Below, in pieces: positions 40,558-52,550 of a DNA stretch of 64,000 bases. The notes under the pieces were generated by a model. It was not told where the DNA came from, searched no databases, and saw nothing but the letters and a program-made list of their open reading frames with translations. Origin of the DNA: Paraspadella gotoi (Eukaryota > Animalia > Chaetognatha). The stretch covers positions 6,805,545 to 6,869,544 of the forward strand of contig JBJCIZ010000239.1 in NCBI GenBank assembly GCA_051294375.1, written 5' to 3'. Within the stretch, counting starts at the first letter, position 1. Each line of letters begins with the position of its first letter. The translations under genes were made by a program, and so were the position numbers.

Positions 40558-43125
40558 CTCTCCCCCCCCACTCTCTCCCCTCTCCAGAGTCCCGGGGCCA
40601 TTACGACTGGCCGGCCATCAACCGTCGTTGCCTCGCCGATCCGGATTGCTCCTTTGTTCTCAACGAGTTTTTCGCCGAGGGACTGAGGGCGACCCTGGTG
40701 GACGGAAAGGGAATCGGTCTTCGAACCGACAAAAGACTAACGCGCGGCCAACTCGTTCACGTGGGGAGGCCCGTGGTTTTGGTGGAGGAAGTGGACGTCG
40801 GTACCGAGGGTGAGATTAAATGTGAGATTAAATGTGAGATTAAATGTGAGATTAAATGTGAGATTAAATGTGAGATTAAATGTGAGATTAAATGTGAGAT
40901 TAAATGTGAGATTAAATGTGAGATTAAATGTGAGATTAAATGTGAGATTAAATGTGAGATTAAATGTGAGATTAAATGTGAGATTAAATGTGAGATTAAA
41001 TGTGAGATTAAATGTGAGATTAAATGTGAGATTAAATGTGAGATTAAATGTGAGATTAAATGTGAGATTAAATGTGAGAGGAGCGACTCTATAAGTCGCT
41101 TTTCGGTCGGTCGGTCGGTAGGCCTGAGTGTCTCTCTCTCTGTTTAAATACTGGGTCATTTTTGCTAATCCTAATAAGATATTAATAAGGTAATAAGTAA
41201 CTAGTAACGAAAACTGAAATACTGAGTCATTTTTGTTAATACTAGTGAAGTATTAATAAATGGTTTTTACGCCAGTTTCATATTTGTATTATTGAGTAAA
41301 TATGCCAAACTAATTTTATGTGATTAGAAAATAAATGCGGCATGTATCGGGTCATATTTCATTTGCGCTGATGAAGACTTGAGTAAGAGTTGAAACATGT
41401 CCCTATTTGCTATTATTGTAAATAAAACTTTGCCATTAGTTAGTGTAATATTTCATATTTGATTGTTTTACTTAATAATTAACAGACAAGTCATAAACTA
41501 TAAGATGTTTTAATTTTATATTCTTGCTTTTACTCTGTCAATTCCCTCCTCCCATTTTTTTCATTATTCAACACCCCTCCATATCCCTCCACCCCCCTTC
41601 TCCCCCCCTCCATCCTCCTTCTCCCCCTCCCCCCCTTTCTCCCCCCCAGATTCTCCCTCTTCCTCGCCTTCTCCCTCCCCATCCTCTTCTTCATTGGCCG
41701 ACGAGAGTCAGAGGGCGTTGGCGCGTCGGTTGGCGTCGCTGTGCAACGCCAACGCGGATTGGCGTCACCGGATCTCCTTCTTGGCGACGGGCGAGGCGGC
41801 GAGGGACGGCGCTAGGCGTCCGCCCACTATGGACGAGCTGGAAGGTAAGTGAAAGAGGGGGGCGTGAGTGGGTTGAACGGGGTTAGTGAGGTGAGGAATT
41901 AGACGAATAGAGAAGTGATGCGAATTATGATTGGATCAGGGAAGCAAAGCAAGTGAGAAATTAAGTTGGAAAGAAATAAATAAAAAAAAAGAAAGGAAAA
42001 AAGAAATATAGAAAGAAAGCGGGAGATAAAGTAAATGAAGAGAAGAGAAAAAAATGAGAAGAGAGAAAGAAAGAAAAATAGAGAGATAGAAAAATAGAAA
42101 GATAGAAAATGTATAAAAGTAAGAAAACAAGGAAAATAAAAAAAAAGAAGATATTATGAGTCATGGGGCGTTTTAGTAAAATGGAGAGAAGAAAAGGGAC
42201 TGATCTCTGATCATTTTAAATGATAATATTATGTAAAATATAATAATATCATACATAAAATAGGTACAACCAATATAAAAATTATCCATTCATTTATTAA
42301 ATAAGCTATCTGGCCCCTAAGGAAAGGCTATGGTGGGTGAAGGACTCCGTCTCGTTTACAAGATAATAACATTTCAGTATTATTATATTATTAAAGTATT
42401 ATGATAACTCATATAACTTTATGTACAATATGATAAATCAATTATCATGGAAAACAAAAAACTTATTCAAGATATACTGAAAAATTTCGAAAATCTCATT
42501 TACATATTGAAGTATGATCTAGTAGCCAAATAAGAATGGTATATTTCCCAATATCTCGATTCGTTCATTAATTTCGGCTATAATTAAAATTCGTAATTTT
42601 AAAAAAATATATTAATGCAAAAATATTTATCATGCTTTATATTTAATCTAAATAAAAAGATACATATACGATCACCGATCTAAAATAATTGAGTCAATTG
42701 TGTTCAACAAATAAGTATTCAAGATTTAAAGATTTCTTCGTGTTACTCTATCTCACAGATCCATACATTAACTTTATGAGGCTCTGCCAAGAGCATATAT
42801 CATCTTTATCGTGTTCTCGCTGAATGATGCATTAGGTTTCGTTGTCATCTTTCTCGTCAGCAGTTAACAGTTAACGGGGACGACTGTTGCACTGCTGATT
42901 CTTTTTTATTTTTTTCCGCGACGAGTTTTTCACATCTCGATTTCTTTTTTCAGAAGCAAAGACGAATTTTGAAGAACAAATTTTAGAAATAAAATTTTGC
43001 TCGGAAAGGAGGTTTTATTTTTTATCGGGGAAAAAAGAAAATATATAAAAAAAGAAATTTTAGAGAATTTATCTTTAGAAAAAGTTATTGAATGAATAAA
43101 AATAATCATTACATGGTTTTTAGAG

Positions 43126-43206
<81 letters not shown>

Positions 43207-44184
43207 AGAGAGAGAGGATGGAAAAAAAATTATTAGAAGACAATTTTTCTTCTTTCCTTATTTTTAAGCCTTATTTCTGTTCCTTAACGCCTCGATCTTA
43301 CTTTAACTTTAATATTAAAGCTTAATCTTGTATCAAATTTTAAACCTAGTGATTGTAATAATCTTAATCCTTTACCCTAATATAATTCGAAACCATAATT
43401 TCTGACCCTTACTCGTAACCGAATCCCTTAACCAGACAACCCTAAATCACTAACTCTTATCCTTTATCCTAATCCTTATCCTAATCCTTATCCTAATCCT
43501 TATCCTTTATCCTAATCCTTAAATCCAAATCCCTAACCTTAACCCATAACCTAATCGATGCTAATTAATTTTTTTACTTTAACATCCGTTAATTTTTCTG
43601 GTTTTAGCTTAAATTTAACCAAAAAATGACCAAATTTTATTAAGAAAATGCAATATTTCGAAGATAAATGAATTACCAAAATGATTACTTTAAAAAGACT
43701 TTTAACTGAATCAATTTTGAATTTAAGCTGAAATGGGCGCTTTTTAGATAATATGCGCCCTCCACCTTCATTCCAGGCAAACCCCCAATTTATCTTCCCC
43801 ACCTCCCTCAACAATTTCTCCGCCTTCAATCTCTATTGTTCTACTTTTCGCCGCTTCCGCCGCCGCCGACGCCGCAGCCGCCGCCGCCGCAGCCGACGCC
43901 GACGCCGCTGTCTTCTCCGTCTCCGCAATCGTCGTCGTCGTTTCCGTTGCCATGGCAACCGAGGATGACATTCGAAGAGTCTCTTTCTATGGTCCTAGTT
44001 TCCGGTTTCGACGCGAGAAGGTTTACTTGGTTTCTTTTTGTCCTTGAGTTGGTTAATATTAATAATGAAATAAAGTTCAGTGATTAATTAGCAGAAAAGG
44101 GGCGCTTTTGGAAAAAAGAGCCGATATTACATTTAGAAACCCTCAAAAAAAAGGTCTCTGGATCTTTCAGCATCTGGCACGTTC

Positions 44185-44218
<34 letters not shown>

Positions 44219-44390
44219 TCCTCTCGAATCGCTCGTCGACAAGACGGGACAGTGGCTTCTTCCGAGTCTCTTCAATCACGCCTTCAAGCCCAATCTGGTC
44301 TGGACTATCGTCGGGAACAATTACGTCGTCAGGTGCGTAGAGAGAGAGAGAGTGAGAGAGAGGAGCAGGAGAGAAGAGAGAGGAGAGAGT

Positions 44391-44454
<64 letters not shown>

Positions 44455-45534
44455 AGAGAGAGAGAGAGAGAGAAAGAGGAAGAGAAATTCTCCCATTCAT
44501 TAATATATGAGCGCCCTTTTGATCAGAGCCTCGCGCGACGTCGAACCAGGAGAGGAGCTTCTCATTTGTTATTTTTTGCCGGATAAGTTAAAGGTAAAGG
44601 ATAAGTTAAAGGATAAGTTAAAGGTAAGGGATCTCTCTTTATCTCTTTCTTTTTCCGGTCCCTCATGCCTGGTTCCAAGCCATTACTGTTGAGGGGGCAC
44701 TAAGCATCTCTTCCTTATCTCCTCTATATTTTCCCTCCCTCCCTCTCTTCTCCTCCTTTCCTCTTCGTTCTCCCTCCCTATTCCTCCTCCTCTACCTCCC
44801 TTTCTTCCTCCTCCTCTCTTCTCCCTCTCTTCTCCCCTTTCTCTTCGTTCTCCCTCCCTATTCCTCCTCCTCTACCTCTCTCTCTTCCTCCCCTCTCTCC
44901 TTCCCCTTTCCTCCTCTTCCGTTTCCTCTTCCTCCTCCTCTACTCCCTTTCTTCCTCCCTCTCCTCTCTCCTCTTCCTTTCCTACTCTTCTTCCGTCCCT
45001 CTTCCTCCTCCTCTACATCCTCTCTCTTCCCCTTTCCTTCTTCTTTCTCCCTCCCTCCCCCCCCAAAGGACCGCGCTGCATACTCCTCCTGGAAGGGAAT
45101 CCCTTCAGAGATTCCTCTTCCTCTTCGGCGAAAGAGAGAAGTCGTCGACGAAGAATTGGAGGCTGCGATTCGATTGAAGGCGGACGCGAGGTTTGCTGGC
45201 GCTGCTGTGGCTGCTGGTGTTGCTGCTGATGTTTTGAGCCCTCTCCCCATCAATATTAAATTTAATATATTATCAATAAAATAAAATAAACTAAGGACTC
45301 TACCACTATCCTCGCCAATGCACTGTTAGTCCTGAAACTAATCATTAGCGAATATCCTTAGGCCTAAATTATTACAATAATCTAACATTAACATAGAAGT
45401 TATTCCAATTTATATCGAATCCTGGAATATGCAAATAAGATTAAATGAATCGATATCTTTACATCCTTTACATCCTTTATAGTTCTTTGTTTTTGTTAAT
45501 TATTGGTTTTATATTATGTTGTTATTTGTTAATA

Positions 45535-45566
<32 letters not shown>

Positions 45567-46198
45567 NNNNNNNNNNNNNNNNNNNNNNNNNNNNNNNNNN
45601 NNNNNNNNNNNNNNNNNNNNNNNNNNNNNNNNNNNNNNNNNNNNNNNNNNNNNNNNNNNNNNNNNNNNNNNNNNNNNNNNNNNNNNNNNNNNNNNNNNNN
45701 NNNNNNNNNNNNNNNNNNNNNNNNNNNNNNNNNNNNNNNNNNNNNNNNNNNNNNNNNNNNNNNNNNNNNNNNNNNNNNNNNNNNNNNNNNNNNNNNAGAG
45801 AGAGAGAGAGAGCGAGATATCGATAATGGTAGACATAAAAACAAAGCTTTTTTTCACGACTGCTTCATGTGTTTCTCCTCTTTTTTGGGTCGTGAGTAAT
45901 TGAGTATAAAACGGTCGGCTTGACTGTCTGTCTGTCTGTCTATATGTCTATCTGACTGTCTGTTTGTCTGTTTGTCTCATTGTCAATCTGTCTCATCTTT
46001 GTTATCAATGTTTTCAATGTTTTCTTACACAGATAAATAGCTAAATCTTTTTCAACTATTTCTTTAAATAATTTGCATAATTTCTGTATTTGATTGGTTT
46101 AGACAATATTTGGCTTAAAAATAATCAGACTTTGTTTTCCCTTTACGTTTCTGTTCTCCTCCAAACTTTGCTTTTTTCTTTTTTTGCTTTCTTCACTC

Positions 46199-46279
<81 letters not shown>

Positions 46280-46636
46280 ATGTTTATTTTCCACTTATTC
46301 GAAACTACACCACTCTGCAACCCCTTTATATTTTTCTCTCACCCCCTTTTTATCTCTCTTTCCTCTCCTCCCCCTTTCCTTTCCTCCCCATTCCTTTTCT
46401 CCAGCTTTCTTTTCCTCGTTCTTTCCTTTTCTCCCCCTTTCCATTCTTCACCATTCCTTTCCTCCACCTCCTTTCCTTTTCTCCCTTTTTCATTTCGTCC
46501 TCCTTTCTTTGCCTCTCGCTTTCTTTTCCTCCCCATTCCTTTTCTCCTCCTTTCCTTTCCTCATCATTTCCTTGAAGTCGAGAGGATTTTACTGTCGGCG
46601 CTGTTGTGGCGGCACGAGGCGGAAATATGCGCGGGT

Positions 46637-46704
<68 letters not shown>

Positions 46705-46730
46705 GGAGAGAGAGAGAGGGAGAGAGAGAG

Positions 46731-46766
<36 letters not shown>

Positions 46767-47199
46767 GGAGATGAGAAGAGAGAGGAGAGGAGAGAGAGAG
46801 AGAGAGAGAGAGCGAGATATCGATAATGGTAGACATAAAAACAAAGCTTTTTTCACGACTGCTTCATGTGTTTCTCCTCTTTTTTGGGTCGTGAGAATTG
46901 AGTATAAATACGGTGGCTTGACTGTCTGTCTGTCTGTCTATATGTCTATCTGACTGTCTGTTTGTCTGTTTGTCTCATTGTCAATCTGTCTCATCTTGTT
47001 ATCAATGTTTTCAATGTTTTCTTACACAGATAAATAGCTAAATCTTTTTCAACTATTTCTTTTAAATAATTTGCATAATTTCTGTATTTGATTGGTTTAG
47101 ACAATATTTGGCTTAAAATAATCAGACTTTTGTTTTCCCTTTACGTTTCTGTTCTCCTCCAAACTTTGCTTTTTCTTTTTTTTCTTTCTTCACTCCCCA

Positions 47200-47267
<68 letters not shown>

Positions 47268-48503
47268 ATGTTTATTTTCCACTTATTCGAAACTACACCA
47301 CTCTGCAACCCCTTTATATTTTTCTCTCACCCCCTTTTTATCTCTCTTTCCTCTCCTCCCCTTTCCTTTCTCCCCATTCCTTTTCTCCAGCTTTCTTTTC
47401 CTCGTTCTTTCCCTTTTCTCCCCCTTTCCATTCTTCACCATTCCTTTCCTCCACCTCTTTCCTTTTTCTCCCTTTTTCATTTCGTCCTCCTTTCTTTGCC
47501 TCTCGCTTTCTTTTCCTCCCCATTCCTTTTCTCCTCCTTTCCTTCCTCATCATTTCTTTTTCCCCTTTGCTTTCCTCCCCCTTTCTTTCCTCCACCTCTT
47601 TTCCTTTCCTCCTTTTTCATCTCGTCCTCCTTTCTTGCCTCTCGGCTTTCTATTTCCTCCCTCATTCCTTTTCTCCTCCTTTCCTTTCCTCATCCTTTCC
47701 TTTCCTCATCCTTTCTTTTCCTCCCCCTTTCCTTTCCTCCACCTCCTTTCCTTTCCTCCCTCTTTCATTTCGTCGTTCCTTTCTNNNNNNNNNNNNNNNN
47801 NNNNNNNNNCTTTCTTTTCCTCCCCATTCCTTTTCTCCTCCTTTCCTCCCCCTTTCCTTTCCTCCCCCACTCCTCCCCTCTCTCGTAATCCCGTGTTTAT
47901 TCTTTCTTTCTCCCCTCTCATAAATCTGGATTTCCTGCGGTCGGCTCCGCAAACAATTCTCACTAAAAGAGACTCAATTCTCGTGCGGCGCTTTGAGGGA
48001 TAAAAAAAATGATCAGACCCGGCTTGGGACGTGGCTCCGTCATTTTGGGTCCGTCTGTCTGCGAACATTACCTGGATATTTTTTTAAATACTGGGCGTAC
48101 TAAATCAAGTTTATAAAAATACACGTACGCAAAAGACTCAAAATCTAAACTTAATCTAAACTTAATCTAAACAAAATCTAAACTTAATCCTAAACATTCA
48201 TTCTAAAACAGAAGATCTAATCTCTAATCCTTACCCTGGGACGGTCTCGCTTTGCCAACGCAGAGGGAAGTCGTTAGGACTGTGAATGGGACACTACGCC
48301 TGGGATGGTGTGTTCCCCCTCTGAGTCAATGGTATTGGCTGAACGATGGTGGACGTGAGGCGGTGTGAATATACCGCCACAATTCGACCTAAAAAGCTAA
48401 TTTAATTTCCGAGTTTTAGAGGACAAGGGGCGGTAATTTGGGAGTGTATAAACGAAACTGTGAGAGAGTCTGGATTGAATACTTGCAGGGTCCAGCTCTG
48501 AGA

Positions 48504-48570
<67 letters not shown>

Positions 48571-48698
48571 CGAGAAAGTAATTAGGACAGAAAGAAGAAA
48601 GAGACAAATAGAGATCCCTTACCTTTAACTTTTCCTGGTTCGACGTCGCGCGAGGCTCTGATCAAAAAGCGCTCATATATTAATGAATGGGAGAAAAG

Positions 48699-48764
<66 letters not shown>

Positions 48765-49403
48765 AAGAAGAGAGAGAGAGTCTTACTTACCCCTTTCTCT
48801 TACTTACCCTCTCTACACAGGACTTGGAAAGACTCGGCGGAGCGTCGAGTCGCTGGCCAAATCGGCGGAGATAGAGGCTAAGACGTTCAGCAGCCCGAAC
48901 GTCGTACGGAGGTAGAGTCAAGCAAAATAGCGAAACGAGCAATCATTGAAGCAAGCAAATAAACTTTGAGAGGGACGATCGGAATCAAATCAAATCATAT
49001 CAAAATCAAATCAAATCAAATAAATCAATCAAATCAAATCAAATAAATCAATCAAATCAAATCAAATAAATCAATCAAATAAATAAAAAAAAATCAAATC
49101 AAATCAAATAAATCAAATCAAATCAAATAAATCAAATAAATCAAATAAATCAAATAAATCAAATCAAATCAAATCAAATCAAATCAAATCAAATCAAATC
49201 AAATCAAATCAAAATGATATGAAATGAAGTGAAATCAATCCAATCAATCAAAACAATCCGAACCTTCATTCCTCTATTCACCTCATCTTCCTCTCAGCCT
49301 CTCTCGATGGACGAAGGCCTTCGAGTCTTGGAGGCGCTGGAGGCTCGACGGCGGCAATCTTCCATCGAGGGTGTTGACGAACCATTTCGGGCTGGAGGAA
49401 TAA
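38380..49403 (+). CDS. TPR- and SET-domain protein (SMYD-related TPR-SET type). Exons: ~38380-38870 (uncertain), 39502-39629, 40588-40809, 41650-41844, 43777-44020, 44171-44332, 44527-44593, 45069-~45216, 46578-46634, 48821-48911, 49298-49403
   Basis: Phase-compatible GT-AG exons give AAYLAARALIFAGMSREA (TPR-like), ESRGHYDW...DGKGIGLRTDKRLTRGQLVHVGRP (SET N-half) and GQWLLPSLFNHAFKPN...VVRASRDVEPGEELLICY (SET C-half). Confidence 0.85.
40810..41078 (+). repeat. Perfect 12 bp tandem repeat (GTGAGATTAAAT)x22 starting exactly at a splice donor
   Basis: Directly visible; the first GTGAG is the donor of exon 40588-40809. Confidence 0.95.
41368..41401 (+). ncRNA. Minimal hammerhead ribozyme motif with intact core (Penelope-like-element type)
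   Basis: CTGATGA-A-GACT...AGTT-GAAA-CATG-TC, then AATAAA; stem I is weak. Confidence 0.55.
45797..47545. repeat. Direct duplication of ~770 bp (45797-46570 vs ~46800-47545)
   Basis: Near-identical copies; the first begins at an N-gap. Confidence 0.9.
48620..48692 (-). pseudogene. Inverted, internally deleted copy of the SET exon at 44490-44635
   Basis: The reverse complement reads cccattcattaatatatgagcgc-ttttgatcagagcctcgcgcgacgtcgaaccagga...aagttaaaggtaagggatctc. Confidence 0.85.
48980..49215. repeat. (AAATC)n microsatellite
   Basis: Directly visible. Confidence 0.9.
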
Positions 49404-49566
49404 TTATTGGGAAAGGAAACTCTTTTGGATTGTCATCACCTGATAATTTATATTGACCTTGAATATGGATAATCGTTTAGAAAATAATAAAAAACATTTT
49501 GTCAAAGTTTGCTATTCCTCGATCATTCATTCATTAATTCATTCATTCATTCATTCATTCATTCAT

Positions 49567-49665
<99 letters not shown>

Positions 49666-49930
49666 TTAATTTATTAATTTATTTATTAATTTATTTATTA
49701 ATTTATTAATTAACTAATTAATTAATTAATTAATTAATTAATCGTTGATCGTGATTTTTGGTTTTTTAACTTAAACAAATTAAGTTTTTGGTTTTAAAAC
49801 GCGGAAAATATTAAATATTAAATATTAAATATTAAATATTTTTTTATGTTATCTCCACGCTTAACTTCTTTACTTTTTTTTTCGTTGTAAATCGCCAGGT
49901 CATTCCCCCTGTGCCCTCTAATTAGCCGCC

Positions 49931-50029
<99 letters not shown>

Positions 50030-50910
50030 AGTCAGACTCCTATCGTGCTTCTCTCCTTTCCCTTCTCTATATTTCCTTGACTCAGCTGAACAGAAATGCA
50101 GGACTTTCTCTCGCTTTTCTTCGGCCCCAACGTCGATCCGTCCGTCCGTCCGTCCGTCCATCTGTAGGTCTGTCTTTCCTTCTTATCTTTCTCTCTCTTT
50201 TATTTCTTCACTGTCTACGACTATCTTCTTCATACTCTCATATTCTTTTTATTTTCTCTCTCTCTCTCTCTCTCCATCTCTCTCTCCTCTCTCTTCTCTC
50301 TCTCTCTCTTCTCATCTCTTAACCCTTCTCCCTTTTGTTCTTTTTTACTTCCTTTTCTTTTCTTTTCTTTCTTCCTCCCTTTCCTCCCCTCCACATCTTT
50401 CCTTTTCTTTTCTTTCTTTCTTCCTCCCTTTCCTCCCCCTCCACATCTTTCCTTTTCTTCTCCGCCGTTACCTCTTTCCTTTCATTGGCCCAGGGGGGGA
50501 AGAACCGAAGCCCGGTTTCGGCCACGCGGCGACGCTCCTTCTCGCCTTCTCATTGGCTCCGACGTCCAGTTTTACTCGGCGCCCCCGATTGCTCATTGGC
50601 CGATGCCTACGCCTCGCCACGTGATTGGTCGACGCTTGTTTTTTTTTATTTTACCTAGAATTCCAGATCGCTGATTGGTCGATGCTCACCCGGGCGACGA
50701 CGATTGGTCGACTTGGCATCGTTCTCGGCGCTGACGTCACGTACGCTCTTTTTCTTTCTTTTCTTTTCTTCCTCTCTCTCTCTTCTCTCTTCTCTCTCTC
50801 CTCTCGTCTCTCTCATCTCATCTCTCTCTCTCGTCTCTTCTCTCTCTCTTTTTTCAGATTTCGACTCTCTTGCCTTCTGGAATAAACAAACAGGGAACCT
50901 CGTCGTGTCT

Positions 50911-50973
<63 letters not shown>

Positions 50974-51604
50974 AGAAGAGAGCAGAGAGAGAGAGAGAGA
51001 CGTTTCTTAATCCCGTCACGAGTCCCAGAGTCGAAACCGGAAACAAGGATCGCTTCGTCAGCGTCTTCGCCGATTCGACATGGACCTACAGTCACTGCGT
51101 CACAATGATTGCGTCACTGCGTAACTGTCATTTCGTCAGCGTCATTGCGTCAATATAATTGCGTCACAATATCAACGTCGACGTCATTACGTCACAATCT
51201 GTACTTTAGCGTCATTGTTTCACCGTATTGCGTCACAGTCATAGCTTCTTATAAGCGTCAACGTCACCGCGCCAACGTCTTTACGTCACGGCGTCACCAA
51301 AATAAATTCGCGAAGCCGTGGCCAACGTCAAAACGTCAATTTTTAAAATTGTTTTAGGTTTTTTTCTCCGATAAAACTTAATCAGTTAATTTCCCGTTCC
51401 CCGACTTTTCAAAAATTAAAAAGAAAACAAAATCGACGGCCGAGCTATAAAAAGTGGGTGGGGGGGGGGTGGACTAGGATGATAGCACGACAATGTGGAC
51501 GATCACACCATTTCCATACTTAATAGAAACTTAATTTTCCGAAATTAGTCAAATTACATTTTTTTACCGAAATTTTGGGTCATCAAGTTATTTTCTTGCT
51601 AATT

Positions 51605-51880
51605 CGGTGCCCAGTGGGCTTAAGAGCGCTATTCGCAATTCTTTCTGGCAGTGGCAGACATGGGCTTGGAACCAGGCTTAAAGATTTGAAAATTTAGAGG
51701 CTCCCAAGGCGGTTAACGGCCGTCCTCACGCTTCCCGCAGGGTGGGTATAATTGGGGATCGCTCACGGTACCTAATGGTCATGAGCTGATGGTATTACTC
51801 AATGAGCCACCGGTTCACGACCGAAGGTATCGTGCTCAGAAGCGGGATCCGCTCACGATCATTTAGCAGCTAATGAGATA
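51605..51880 (-). mobile_element. Probable tRNA-derived SINE (tRNA-like head, body with GAGGACGGCCGT and CCTGGTTCCAAGCCC)
   Basis: The head matches 7261-7335. Body motifs recur at 24725-24815 and 44665-44685. Confidence 0.55.
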
Positions 51881-52419
51881 ATTCATTAATTAATTAATCT
51901 CTCACTTCGGCGGACGAGCAACTCGAAGAACTCGGTGCCATCACATTCAGGAAAAGATTCATGCATTTCTTGGAGCGAAATTTAGATAAGATTTTATTCT
52001 GAGTAGTAGTCTTGATCAAAGCTAATCATGAGGCGAATAGGTTAAGTCTATTTATAGCTAAGGAAGAGGATCAGAGAAAAGAGTGATTTGGAGAATTCCA
52101 TTGTTATCACAAGCTGATTGTTCCTATACGTGAAAATTTTTGTTGAATTTTTGACAAAACTAATCGGAGAATGTTTTTTTGAAAAATTCATTTTTAAATT
52201 TTTACTATTTCTACAGATGTTTAAACTGAGATACAAAATTACTATTCTTATAAAGTATGTTTCATTTAAAATATTTATAATTTAAATTTTATAACGCAAC
52301 AATTACTTCACTCTACTACTTAGCGTTGTCGATCCTTAAAACTTGGACGCGTCTTTAAGAATCCCGGCCTTAAAAATCCAAAACGTAATCGTGCAACAGT
52401 TGCTTTTTGGGTCGATGTC

Positions 52420-52550
52420 ATAAACGGCATCAGCGGCATCATTAACAGCATCGGCGGCATCATTAACAGCATTAACGGCATCATTAACAGCATCGCCGGC
52501 AGCATTAACAGTATCAGCGGCATCATTAACAGCATCGGAAACGCCATTAA
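52420..52550. repeat. 21 bp minisatellite (CGGCATCATTAACAGCATYRR)
   Basis: About 5-6 visible units. Confidence 0.85.

Noticed and set aside
40810-41078. Regular arrays (12, 20, 21 and 22 bp units) as possible CRISPR arrays
   Set aside because: There are no unique spacers and no cas genes, and the context is eukaryotic; these are minisatellites.
42815-42900. Minus-strand CTGACGA...GAAA hammerhead-like core
   Set aside because: No stem II pairing and no correctly placed UH cleavage site.
45797-47545. Biological tandem duplication inside the SET gene
   Set aside because: It abuts an N-gap and differs mainly by indels, so a contig-overlap artefact is more likely.
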